NCBI GenBank assembly: GCA_048940445.1
Contig: JBHLON010000025.1
Span: 1-51,277 of the forward strand
Direction: 5' to 3'
Length of the DNA stretch: 51,277 bases
From: Promethearchaeota archaeon
Lineage (GTDB): Archaea > Asgardarchaeota > Lokiarchaeia > Sigyniarchaeales > SOKP01
Part shown: positions 1-9,786 of the stretch, piece by piece
How the letters are laid out: each line of letters begins with the position of its first letter
Numbering within the stretch: position 1 is the stretch's first letter
Translations under genes and position numbers: made by a program
The notes under the pieces: model-generated
What the model was told of the DNA's origin: nothing
What the model saw: the letters and a program-made list of their open reading frames with translations, nothing else
Databases searched by the model: none

Positions 1-1194
1 ATTAGTGAAACTTCTAAAATTGCGCATAAAATGATTAATACTGCTTTTAGTCCTCAATTTTACTCTCATTATGGGACTTTATCAGGAATGGATATTGGGT
101 TAGTGTATGGAGATGTGCCGGGATATTACTTTACTCGATCAGAATTTGCTGTAGAAAACCTCACAGGGTTAGCTTTAAAAGAACAATATCCAGTTTTGTC
201 ATACGCCTGCGCAGGTTGTACAATTGGATGTGGTAGAACAACAATTGCTGAAATAGATGGAGATGAAGTAGAAGTTGATGGGCCTGAATATGAAACAACT
301 GCTGCATTTGGTCCATTAAGTGGTGTGTTTGACTTTAAATCAATAATTAAAGCCAATCATTTATGTAATCTTGAAGCACTTGATACAATTTCTTGTGGCG
401 TCTCTATTTCATTTCTTATATATCTCGTAGAAAATAAGCTAGCATTAAAGAATATCTCGAATTTTTTATCTGATATTAGGATAGAGGAAATAAAATGGGG
501 AAGTGAATCTACTATTTTTAAACTAATTAATAAAATTGTAAATCGAGAAGACATTGGGAACTTACTAGCAGAAGGGACAAAAGTTATGGCAGAGAAATTA
601 AATGTAGATCCTGAATTAGCAGCCCATGTAAAAGGATTAGACCATCCATTACACGATTCAAGATCATTTTTAGGGCAAGCCTTATCTTATATGACCAGTT
701 GTGTTGGAGCAAATCACTGTAAAGGAGATTTTTATCTTATAGACTGGGGTTTTACAAACTATTCTAAAATAAAAAGAGGGGATAGATTTAACATCAATAA
801 AAGAGAAAGTTCTATAATTAATATGCAAGATATTTCAAATATTTACGATTCTGCCGTGATTTGTAGTGTCCCTAAACTTAATGAAAGCCTTTTAAGTAAA
901 TTATTACAAGCGTCTACAGGATTTTCTTCACTTGGAAGTGTGAAAAAGTTATATTTAGCAGCGGAGCGTGCAACAAATTTAAAAAGGGTAATATCTTGTA
1001 AGTTAGGATGTTCCCGAAAAGATGATTATTTGAAAAAGATTAACAGCCAAGCTTTAGAAAATGGGTGTACTGCCGGGATTCATGCCTATCTAGAGGAGAA
1101 TTTGAAAAATTATTATAAAATTCGCGGGTGGGACTGGAATACTGGTTGGCCAACTAAAGAAAAGCTAAAGGAATTAAGTATTGAAATTAAGTAG
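1..1194 (+). CDS. Aldehyde:ferredoxin oxidoreductase family (tungsten/molybdopterin) protein, C-terminal part; 5' end lies outside the window
   Basis: Frame is open from base 1. Motifs CxxCxxxC (CAGCTIGC), GPEYET, LAEG, HVKGLDxPxHDxR, GAxH and C-terminal YYxxRGW..GxP..EKL are typical of AOR domains 2/3. Confidence 0.9.
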   Translation: MSETSKIAHKMINTAFSPQFYSHYGTLSGMDIGLVYGDVPGYYFTRSEFAVENLTGLALKEQYPVLSYACAGCTIGCGRTTIAEIDGDEVEVDGPEYETTAAFGPLSGVFDFKSIIKANHLCNLEALDTISCGVSISFLIYLVENKLALKNISNFLSDIRIEEIKWGSESTIFKLINKIVNREDIGNLLAEGTKVMAEKLNVDPELAAHVKGLDHPLHDSRSFLGQALSYMTSCVGANHCKGDFYLIDWGFTNYSKIKRGDRFNINKRESSIINMQDISNIYDSAVICSVPKLNESLLSKLLQASTGFSSLGSVKKLYLAAERATNLKRVISCKLGCSRKDDYLKKINSQALENGCTAGIHAYLEENLKNYYKIRGWDWNTGWPTKEKLKELSIEIK

Positions 1195-1196
1195 GA

Positions 1197-2303
1197 TTAT
1201 TCTACCTTTTTTATTATCTCTTCTTTATATCCAGTGATCACTTTAAAAAAACCTTGAAGCATTTTATCAACTTCATTATCTCCGGTATCAACTTTCAGAG
1301 ACTCTAAATTTTTAATTTTTTCTTTAGTTGAAATAATTAAAATATTTTCTCTTCCAATTTTTTTAATAACTTGAGGTGTAAATTGCTTATTTCCTCTTCC
1401 GAAAATAAAACCTTGCCCTCCAATAGGAGTAATAACAATCTTTACATTTTCGTATTTGTTCAAGAGCTTTAAAATAGCCTCTTCATTTAAGTCAGAACCT
1501 ACTATTTCTCTGTTATATAATCCGTCCACACCCAAAAGTGTCTTCTTTAATTCTAATTGATCTGTAATAGCTTTTAGTGTGGTGCCAGGCCCTAACAAGA
1601 ATAAAATATCGGCTTCCATTTTCTCAATTACCTCTAAAGCAATATCATATTTGTTTTGTTCAACTGAATTGCCTATTATGGAGCTATCTTTGCTCTCTTG
1701 AATTAAATTTTTAACTTTAAGAACCTTTAAGAATCCATAGAGTTTTGAATCTAACCTTCCTTGAACATAGGCTTCTTCATCTATATCTAACACTTCTTTC
1801 TCTTCAGTATTTAATTCTTCTGTCAAGAATCTATCCAATAGCTTAGCAGCAGCTTTTGGATTTATTGAAAATACAGAACTGAACATTTTAACTCCAGAGG
1901 GAATAGCTATAACTGGGATTTTCATATCAATAGCATCAAAAATATCTTTAGCAGTACCATCTCCTCCACAAAATATCAATAATTCGATATTTTTCTTTAC
2001 CATTGATTTTGCTATTCGAATTGTATCTTGAGCCGTAGTTTCAATTCCGATATTCCCTACCACTTCAATTTTATAGTTATAATTTTTAATATAATGCTTT
2101 CCCATTTTACCAGGTGCTACTAAGAATATTAAATCATCTTCACTATATTTTAAACATCTAAAAAATTCGGTCATCCTAGAAGGTGCTATAGGGATAGCTC
2201 CCAATTTTAAAGCTAATTGATAATTTTCCTTATCTGTCTTCTTTAAACCGACACTACCTCCCATTCCAGCAATAGGATTAACAATTAATCCCACATTCTT
2301 CAT
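1197..2303 (-). CDS. ATP-NAD kinase / AcoX-like family protein
   Basis: N-terminal GLIVNPIAGMGG, GGDGT motif, IPSGVKM, GGQGFIFGRGNKQ and VDTGD. Confidence 0.85.
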   Translation of the reverse strand: MKNVGLIVNPIAGMGGSVGLKKTDKENYQLALKLGAIPIAPSRMTEFFRCLKYSEDDLIFLVAPGKMGKHYIKNYNYKIEVVGNIGIETTAQDTIRIAKSMVKKNIELLIFCGGDGTAKDIFDAIDMKIPVIAIPSGVKMFSSVFSINPKAAAKLLDRFLTEELNTEEKEVLDIDEEAYVQGRLDSKLYGFLKVLKVKNLIQESKDSSIIGNSVEQNKYDIALEVIEKMEADILFLLGPGTTLKAITDQLELKKTLLGVDGLYNREIVGSDLNEEAILKLLNKYENVKIVITPIGGQGFIFGRGNKQFTPQVIKKIGRENILIISTKEKIKNLESLKVDTGDNEVDKMLQGFFKVITGYKEEIIKKVE

Positions 2304-2479
2304 AATGAATCAAAAATCTAATAATGCCAATACTTATGTCTAATTATTATTCAATAGCCTAAAAAAAAATTTTGAAATTCATTCTTAGGATTACACATCT
2401 ATAGCTTATTTTTTAAATAAACTATATAAAGGGAAAAAAAATAGTTTATACCATAATCAAGTTAGATTAATGAGGAAAA

Positions 2480-2953
2480 ATGACAGAAAATACAGAATTG
2501 AACTTAGGAAATTTAAAAATAGATCAGTTAAGTTATGTCTATAAAGACATTAAAACTCAAGCAAAAATTATGGAAGAAAAATATGGCATTCCTAAGTTTG
2601 CTCAAATGGATAACATTTCTCACCAAAATGCAACCTATCGAGGTAAGGAAGTAGAGATCATATTAGATTACGCATTTAGTCGAACACTTAATGTACAAAT
2701 TGAACTACAGCAATGGAAAAGCGGTGATTGTCTTTACAAAGAATTTATAGATCAAGGAAAAGAAGGACTTCATAGCATTGGTATATATGTTGATGATTTA
2801 GAAGTTTATGTTGAAGGGTTCAAGAATAGAGGTATAGAAGTAATACAAACTGGTCAAGTAGGTAAGCAAAAATTTGCATATATGGATACTAAAAAAACAT
2901 TTGGGGTATTATTAGAAATTTCCACAACAGTTCAAAGACGAAAAAAGAAATAA
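2480..2953 (+). CDS. VOC/glyoxalase family protein (methylmalonyl-CoA epimerase-like fold)
   Basis: QIELxQ, EGLHxIG and FAYMDTxxxxGVLLE pattern. Confidence 0.8.
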   Translation: MTENTELNLGNLKIDQLSYVYKDIKTQAKIMEEKYGIPKFAQMDNISHQNATYRGKEVEIILDYAFSRTLNVQIELQQWKSGDCLYKEFIDQGKEGLHSIGIYVDDLEVYVEGFKNRGIEVIQTGQVGKQKFAYMDTKKTFGVLLEISTTVQRRKKK

Positions 2954-2991
2954 AAAATCTATTAATTTATTATCTTATTTTTTCAAAGGTT

Positions 2992-3855
2992 TTATTTTAA
3001 ATAACCTGTTTTTCTCCTAGCTCTCTTATAGAGCCTATCTAAAACAGCCCGGATATCATCTGGATTTTCTCTTATTGATTTTAGCTGAATTGCTGCTTCA
3101 CCTGGTAAGATTTCAAAGTGTCCTTCTAAAATATCCTTAATAAATATTTCAGCTACATCTTCCGCAGTCATTAATGTGCCCGATTCTGAAATCAATTTAC
3201 ATTCAGGTGGTTTAAGTTTATTCTCTTCTGCAAAACCAGGTGTATCGGTATCAGGCGGAAAAAGAACTGAAACTTTAACATTATAAGGAACAAGCTCATG
3301 TCGTAGAATTTCAGCTAAACCGAAAACTGCATATTTACTTGGAACATAAGTCGCATAACCCATAATTGCCATAAATCCTAGAACTGAAGATGTAAATGTT
3401 ATATACCCTTTTTTTGCTTCCATAAAGTATGGTAAAAGAATGAGAGTAGGGATAAGTTGACCATAATAGTTCACATCCATATTTCTTTTAAAATCTTTAA
3501 GAGTTAGCTTTTCAAGATACTGAGCATATGCATATCCAACAAAATTAAATAAATAATCTGGAACTTCATGCTTCTTAATCATATCTATTAATAGGGGTTT
3601 TAATTTATCCATATCTGTTGCATCACAGGCTATACTTTCAATAAATTGAGATTCATTATTTCTTAATTTTACGCATTCCTCCAGAGTTTTTCTTAATATT
3701 TGCTCATCCCTCGCAATGATACATATACTTCCCCCTAATTTGATAAATAATTGAGTTGTTGCTTTTCCCATCCCTTTTGAACCACCAGAAACTACAGCAA
3801 ATTTTCCTTTAAATGGTTGTTGAATCATTAATTCGTCTAATGTCATTTCAATCAC
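2992..3855 (-). CDS. SDR oxidoreductase, 3-ketodihydrosphingosine reductase (KDSR/Tsc10)-like
   Basis: GGSKGMG Rossmann motif, YxxSK catalytic motif (YVPSK), MDVNYYG, and PPDTDTPGFAEENxxKPxExxLISE, which is characteristic of the KDSR subfamily. Confidence 0.8.
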   Translation of the reverse strand: MIEMTLDELMIQQPFKGKFAVVSGGSKGMGKATTQLFIKLGGSICIIARDEQILRKTLEECVKLRNNESQFIESIACDATDMDKLKPLLIDMIKKHEVPDYLFNFVGYAYAQYLEKLTLKDFKRNMDVNYYGQLIPTLILLPYFMEAKKGYITFTSSVLGFMAIMGYATYVPSKYAVFGLAEILRHELVPYNVKVSVLFPPDTDTPGFAEENKLKPPECKLISESGTLMTAEDVAEIFIKDILEGHFEILPGEAAIQLKSIRENPDDIRAVLDRLYKRARRKTGYLK

Positions 3856-3908
3856 TTTTATTTATTTTTATTATATAACTTTAATTAATTTTTAATTAAA
3901 TTTACAAG

Positions 3909-4721
3909 TCATATATCTGATTTGATATAATATGCTGGAACTCCCACTTCAATAATTCCACCATCGACTGGGAAATTATGACCCGTTATAAAATCCGATA
4001 AAGGAGAAGCTAAGAATAATATAAGATTCACTACATCTTGAATCGTTCCTAAGCGATTTAACGGAGTTTTAACATGGCCATCCTCCATAATCACTTTAAC
4101 AGCATCTTCTCTATTATCATATATTCCAGTTACATGATAACCAGGAGAGATTGCGTTTACAGTAATCTTTGGTGCCAGACTCTGAGCTAGCATTTGGACC
4201 ATTGCAATAATCCCCACTTTACTAATAGTATAAACTGGTGTCTTATTGTCCGCTTTCATTCCTGCGATCGATGCGGTGTGGATTACTTTTCCTACCAATG
4301 GTTCAAATGATTGCCTTTTCATTCTTTTGCAGATAAATTTTGAGACCAACCATTGGCCTTTTAAATTTATCGCTAATATCCTGTCCCAGTCTTTTTCTTT
4401 TGTCCTTAATAAATCTAAACCATAAGGATAACCTACACCCGCGTTATTAAATAAGATATAAATATTATCTAATTCCTGAAAAGCTTGCTTTGCCATAGCT
4501 TCTACCTGATCTGATTTTGAAACATCACATAAGATTGGTATTACTTTTTGGCTAGTTTTCTTTTCTATATCTTGCGACGTCTGTTCTAAAAGTTCTTTGT
4601 TTATATCTACTAAAACCAAACTTGCTCCTCGTTCAGCAAAAGCATTCGCAACACCCTTTCCAAATCCAGATGCCGCACCTGTAATTAGAACCCCTTTTCC
4701 TTCTAAAAATTTACCTTCCAT
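3909..4721 (-). CDS. Classical SDR oxidoreductase (FabG-like)
   Basis: TGAASGFG, NNAG, YxxSK, NAISPG, FITG and VDGG motifs. Confidence 0.9.
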   Translation of the reverse strand: MEGKFLEGKGVLITGAASGFGKGVANAFAERGASLVLVDINKELLEQTSQDIEKKTSQKVIPILCDVSKSDQVEAMAKQAFQELDNIYILFNNAGVGYPYGLDLLRTKEKDWDRILAINLKGQWLVSKFICKRMKRQSFEPLVGKVIHTASIAGMKADNKTPVYTISKVGIIAMVQMLAQSLAPKITVNAISPGYHVTGIYDNREDAVKVIMEDGHVKTPLNRLGTIQDVVNLILFLASPLSDFITGHNFPVDGGIIEVGVPAYYIKSDI

Positions 4722-4907
4722 AACTTATCAAATTCTTTTAATCTTTTTTGATGTTTAATTACAATAGTTAATATATCCAAATTAAATATATAGCTTAAAT
4801 TTAATTATCAGATTTTCACATGTAAAGAAATAATTTTGAATAAAACCAAAAATTTAATTATTTAGCTCTTTTTAAGATTTAATATAGAAACGGCATGTGA
4901 TTCAAAA

Positions 4908-6488
4908 ATGGTTGATAAAATCATTCCTTTTTTAATAAATGTTGGTGAAGTCCTCCCTGCTCGGAGTAAAGCTACATTGTTAGATGAAATGGCAATGGCT
5001 TTAATTGAATGTATTAATCTCTATGGAAAAACTCTTAACAAGTTAGGAAAAATCAATAAGATCTCCATGTGTTTTTGGCCAGTGAGATTAGTTCCATTAA
5101 ACGAAACAAGAGCTTGTGTATGTAGTTATTTATTAAATAAACAAGAAAAATTAAATGTCGGACAATTTTCTCAAATGCCACCTCCTCCTGGAAATATAAT
5201 CAAGGGAGCAGATCCAGAAACATTTTTAAATGCTTTACAATCATATAATAGTAATTACTTAAAAAAGAGTAAATATTTCAAGAGAGGCACAGTAATCCAA
5301 GAGGCATTGTTTAACTCTAGTGAAGTCGAATATTTTAAGAATTTTTTCTTAAATCAATATGGAGTTGGAGCTTTTGGAGAACCTTATTTCACTTTAGAAG
5401 GGGGGCCAATTCCTAAAAGTATTAATCAAGCAAAAATAATCCCAGAGATTCTTGAGTATGTTTCCCAAAAAGACATTAAAATGCTTGATGATTACGGGAC
5501 TGAAATTACCAAATTGTGTGATGTTTGGATTCAACGAGGAGCACAAGAAGCGGATAAAATAAGAGGGAAAAAAGTGGATACAAGTGAAGAAGAGAAACAA
5601 CTAGCCGTATTAAATAAAGAATTAGAAGCAGAAAAAGCCCGAAAAATAGAAAAATCCCCTGAAGAATTAGTAAAGTCGGGGAAGTATAAAGTAAATGACA
5701 AAACAAGTGATTTCTATAACAATAACAACTCAATAAAAACAAGTATTGATCGACTTAGAAGTGCAATAAATAAAAGTGACCTCTTTGAAGTAGAAGAGTC
5801 TGTAAAGGATTTAGAGATAAAATATCAAGATTTAGGTAATTCAATAAACAGATATAATACTGAACTCGATCAATTAAGGAAGAATATCCAAAGGGAAATT
5901 ATTGATTTAGAGAAAACAAAACAACAAAAAATAAAAGATTTAGAAAAAAAAATTTCAGAAGTAAAAAGTAAAATCGATTCAAAACATAGTGCGTTAAGCA
6001 GTGATTTAACCAGTGCAGAAGATATTGTGGGTAAAATTAAATTGGAAAAACAATCTTGTTTAGATAATATCGAGAGTGTAAAAGATAGTGAAATGACGGG
6101 AGTACAGAATTTCTTTAGAACCTATACAATAGAAATAAAGACTCAAAATGTTGTTGTTGGTGTTCCAATGTTTATTTTTTATTTCATTGATCCAAACACA
6201 AGGAGGACCACTGAAAGAGCACCGATATTTCCAATCCTCATTGAAAAAGGTAAGATGCAGAGAACAAAAGCTACAGACGCCTTTAGGAATAAATTAAGAG
6301 ATTTAATGAATAAGGATAATGCAATGGTAAATCTTGTAGAAAAAGGTGGTGAATCAGGTAACTTAATGGATATTAAAAATCTTGACACTCAACTTGAGGA
6401 TGCGATTAACGATTTACGGATAAGGAAGATTCTAGGTAAGAAAGAAGCAGAAAAAGCCAAAGAGATTATTAATAACCTCGTTTGGTAA
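4908..6488 (+). CDS. Hypothetical protein with a long central coiled coil
   Basis: 526-aa ORF. Heptad-rich E/K/L segment at about aa 220-400, flanked by beta-rich segments (FWPVRLVP, VGVPMFIFYF). Confidence 0.7.
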   Translation: MVDKIIPFLINVGEVLPARSKATLLDEMAMALIECINLYGKTLNKLGKINKISMCFWPVRLVPLNETRACVCSYLLNKQEKLNVGQFSQMPPPPGNIIKGADPETFLNALQSYNSNYLKKSKYFKRGTVIQEALFNSSEVEYFKNFFLNQYGVGAFGEPYFTLEGGPIPKSINQAKIIPEILEYVSQKDIKMLDDYGTEITKLCDVWIQRGAQEADKIRGKKVDTSEEEKQLAVLNKELEAEKARKIEKSPEELVKSGKYKVNDKTSDFYNNNNSIKTSIDRLRSAINKSDLFEVEESVKDLEIKYQDLGNSINRYNTELDQLRKNIQREIIDLEKTKQQKIKDLEKKISEVKSKIDSKHSALSSDLTSAEDIVGKIKLEKQSCLDNIESVKDSEMTGVQNFFRTYTIEIKTQNVVVGVPMFIFYFIDPNTRRTTERAPIFPILIEKGKMQRTKATDAFRNKLRDLMNKDNAMVNLVEKGGESGNLMDIKNLDTQLEDAINDLRIRKILGKKEAEKAKEIINNLVW

Positions 6489-6526
6489 CTAATTTTTTAA
6501 ACTCTTTAATTTTTTTCATAAAAAGT

Positions 6527-6700
6527 TTATTCACCTATGTATTCCATAGTTGTACCACAACATTTGGGAATTTCTTGATAACCACATCCTTCTGGATTAC
6601 AACAACATAATAAATATCCTTCTTTTACTATCATTGATCTGTCACAACATTTCGGAACTTCACGTTCATTTCCACATACATTACAAATTAATTTTGGCAC
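6527..6700 (-). CDS. Small Cys-rich metal-binding protein (two desulforedoxin-like CxxC...CCxxxM repeats), about 57 aa
   Basis: GTG at 6700 is preceded by an AGGTGA Shine-Dalgarno. Sequence contains CNVC...PKCCDRSM and CCCNPEGC...PKCCGTTM. Confidence 0.7.
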   Translation of the reverse strand: MPKLICNVCGNEREVPKCCDRSMIVKEGYLLCCCNPEGCGYQEIPKCCGTTMEYIGE

Positions 6701-6933
6701 TTCACTATCACCTAATGTTAAATCTATTAAGTAATAAAAAAAGAGCATAATAATATGCATCCATTATTCTGTATAAATAGGTAGAGACGACTATCTTATG
6801 ATTATAAATAAAAAATCCTAAAATTTTATAAGATATTAAATTTATCAAAAAATTACGATAAAATTCATTTAAATCATTTCCATAATTATAAATTATATTT
6901 AGAAGATCTATGAGAGATAATTGGAGAAATTTT

Positions 6934-8184
6934 ATGCTTGATAAATTAAAATTAACGAGAACCTTTGAGTTATATGACGAAGCGTTAAAATTAATACCTG
7001 GAGCTATTTTGGGTATCCGTCGACCCTATAATTTCGTTGAAGGGGAATATCCCATATTTTTTGAAGATGGGAAAGGGGGTAGGGTCACTGATGTAGATGG
7101 AAATTCATATATTGATATGTTATGCGCTTATGGCCCCATAATTATTGGACACAGAGAACAAGAAATAGATAATGCGGTAATTGAACAAATCAAAAACAAG
7201 GGTTTTTGCATGTCATTAACTCAGCCAATACAAAATAGACTTGCGAAAATTCTAAGAAAACTTATTCCTTGTTGTGAAAAATTAGTATTAATGAAGATGG
7301 GAACTGACGCTACTACTGCCGCAATCAGGGTTGCACGAGCATTTACAAAAAAAGTAAAAATACTATCATGTGGTTATCATGGATGGTATGATGCTTTCAG
7401 CGAAGTCCATGGAATAGAAGCTGGAATTCCAGAAAAATTATATGAAGATATCTATGAGTTTGAATTTAACAACACAGAACAAGTAGAAAAGCTATTTAAA
7501 AAATATAAAAATGAAGTTGCTGCGATTATAGTAAACCCAATACATACACCAGGAGGCAGAGAAGTGCAAAAACCTGAGAAAGGTTTCTTAAGAACGCTAA
7601 GAGAGTTATCCACTGAAAATAATGCCTTATTAATCTATGATGAAATTAGGACAGGTTTTAGAGTGGATATGGGAGGAGCACAGAAGTTATACAATGTAAT
7701 TCCCGATCTAGCTGCTTTTGGAAAGGCAATGGGAAATGGATACCCAATTAGTATACTAGCAGGAAAAGCAGAGTTCATGGACGTGTTAGTTGAGAAGGTA
7801 TTTTTGAGTTCTACATTTTTTCCAAATAGTCTTTCTCAGATTGCTTCATTGAAAACTATAGAAATTTTACTGCGTGAAAATGTTTTAAAGGATATATCTG
7901 AAAAGGGTACTCATTTTGCAAAGAGAGTTAAAGAAATTATTGATAGATATGATATTCCTTGTAAATTTACAGGAGAACCATGGATGCCATATATCACATT
8001 CTTACCTGATCCTAAATTTCTATACCGAAAATTAAGAGAAGAATTTTATCGACAATTAATTAGACGGAAGGTTTTCTTACAACCTTTTCATCATGGTTAT
8101 ATTTGTTATCGGCATTCATATGAAGATTTAGATTATGCTGCAGATATGATTTTTGAATCAATGGCAGAATTAAAGAAAATGTAG
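6934..8184 (+). CDS. kat: Class III PLP aminotransferase, probable 3-aminobutyryl-CoA aminotransferase
   Basis: GSA-aminomutase-like N-terminus (GIRRPYNFVEGEYPIF), DVDGNxYID, YHGW, DEIRTGFR and FGKAMGNG (PLP lysine). Sits at the head of a kce-kdd-kamA-kamDE cluster lacking kal. ATG 6934 follows GGAG (ORF track start 6910). Confidence 0.7.
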   Translation: MLDKLKLTRTFELYDEALKLIPGAILGIRRPYNFVEGEYPIFFEDGKGGRVTDVDGNSYIDMLCAYGPIIIGHREQEIDNAVIEQIKNKGFCMSLTQPIQNRLAKILRKLIPCCEKLVLMKMGTDATTAAIRVARAFTKKVKILSCGYHGWYDAFSEVHGIEAGIPEKLYEDIYEFEFNNTEQVEKLFKKYKNEVAAIIVNPIHTPGGREVQKPEKGFLRTLRELSTENNALLIYDEIRTGFRVDMGGAQKLYNVIPDLAAFGKAMGNGYPISILAGKAEFMDVLVEKVFLSSTFFPNSLSQIASLKTIEILLRENVLKDISEKGTHFAKRVKEIIDRYDIPCKFTGEPWMPYITFLPDPKFLYRKLREEFYRQLIRRKVFLQPFHHGYICYRHSYEDLDYAADMIFESMAELKKM

Positions 8185-8763
8185 TATCAATGACATAATT
8201 GAAGTAGTTAAAAAGCCGATAGTACAAAATAGACTAATAACTGTTATTTTCCACATCATATATTTCTTTTTAAGATATAATTCTTTCTTTTCATCCCCAG
8301 TGGATTTATTACTATCTGGATTCCAAATCTCATCCATTCTAAAACCTAATGTTCCGGATGTTGGAGGTCCAAGAAACATATTATACATACGAACTGAGGT
8401 CTGATCATAATAAGGGAGTCTTTCTTGCTTTGAAGCTTTCATATTAATATAAATCTGACCAGAGCTTGGACCCCTAGTTGCTAAAACTATTAGAAAAATT
8501 AACTCTGGTATAAGAACTACTAAACTAATCGGAATGACTATAGCAACAACTATAGTAGCAACTATTATTCCAATATAGAACTGTAAATAATATGGATTCT
8601 TAATGAAAAAGGTATATAGTGCTCCAGAAACAAGAATGAAAAAGAAACTAGACTCAAGAGTAGTTAATAGAAGATTTGGATTAGAAATAATAAGAAAAAA
8701 GACAAATAAAACAGCATGAATTCCTATTAGTATCAGAAATAATATCCTTTTAATAAGGGACAA
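8170..8763 (-). CDS. Hypothetical membrane protein
   Basis: About 4 N-terminal hydrophobic helices and 1 C-terminal helix. Confidence 0.6.
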   Translation of the reverse strand: MSLIKRILFLILIGIHAVLFVFFLIISNPNLLLTTLESSFFFILVSGALYTFFIKNPYYLQFYIGIIVATIVVAIVIPISLVVLIPELIFLIVLATRGPSSGQIYINMKASKQERLPYYDQTSVRMYNMFLGPPTSGTLGFRMDEIWNPDSNKSTGDEKKELYLKKKYMMWKITVISLFCTIGFLTTSIMSLILHFL

Positions 8764-8926
8764 TTGAAACCATTTAGGATTATTTATTTTTATTCGCCAT
8801 TTTTAGTATATATATTATATATATTTATATATAGATTAGGATATACTTATTGCTTTCACTATATATTAATATAGTTTAGGATATATAAAAACTTTTGTAA
8901 GGGATAAATAATATTAAGTATTTGTT

Positions 8927-9748
8927 ATGGTAAAATTAATTATTACCGCAGCTATCTGTGGAGCAGAAGTCACAAAAGATCAAAATCCAAATATACCCTA
9001 TTCGGTGAGAGAAATAGGAATTGAGGCAGAAAAAGCCTTTTTAGCTGGAGCTAGTATTATTCATTTACATGTACGAGAAGACAATGGAACTCCTACGCAA
9101 AATAAAGATAGATTTCAAACTTGTATTAATGAAATTAAGAAAAGATGTCCAGATGTAATTATCATGCCATCCACGGGTGGAGCCGTTGGAATGAGTAATG
9201 AAGAGAGAATTCAATCTATCTATTTGGAAAATATAGAGATGGCAAGTTTAGATTGTGGGACCATGAATTTCGGTGCAGATGATATTTTTATTAATACTGA
9301 AAATTCGATAAAATATTTTGCTAAAGAGATGTATAAAAGAAATATTAAACCAGAATTAGAATGTTTTGATAAAGGAATGATAGATATGGCTTTAAAGCTA
9401 CATGAAGAAGGGTATATAAAAGATGCGATGCACTTTAATTTAGTATTAGGTGTTAATGGAGGTATTAAAGCCTCAACTAGAGATTTAATATTTTTAATTG
9501 AGAGTTTGCCATCAAATTCTACATATACGGTGACAGGAATAGGCAAACATGAATTTCCAATGGCTATAACTAGCTTAAGTTTGGGCGGTCACGTTAGAGT
9601 AGGTTTTGAAGATAATATATATATTTCTAAAGGTAAATTAGCTGAATCTAATTCTCAATTAGTCGAAAAAGTTGTAAGGATAGCCAGTGAGTTTGACAGG
9701 GAATTAGCATCTCCTTATGACGCGCGAAAAATTTTAGGAATCTCTTAA
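8927..9748 (+). CDS. kce: 3-keto-5-aminohexanoate cleavage enzyme
   Basis: KLIITAAICGAE, HLHVR zinc motif, STGG, PELECFD and RVGFEDN; lysine fermentation context. Confidence 0.93.
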   Translation: MVKLIITAAICGAEVTKDQNPNIPYSVREIGIEAEKAFLAGASIIHLHVREDNGTPTQNKDRFQTCINEIKKRCPDVIIMPSTGGAVGMSNEERIQSIYLENIEMASLDCGTMNFGADDIFINTENSIKYFAKEMYKRNIKPELECFDKGMIDMALKLHEEGYIKDAMHFNLVLGVNGGIKASTRDLIFLIESLPSNSTYTVTGIGKHEFPMAITSLSLGGHVRVGFEDNIYISKGKLAESNSQLVEKVVRIASEFDRELASPYDARKILGIS

Positions 9749-9786
9749 TCTATTAAATATTAAGTAAAGCGTATTTTTCAAAAGGA

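Noticed and set aside
6934-8184. hemL (GSA aminomutase) annotation
   Set aside because: There are no tetrapyrrole genes nearby, the N-terminus lacks the HemL GGVNSPVR motif, and the lysine fermentation context favours Kat.
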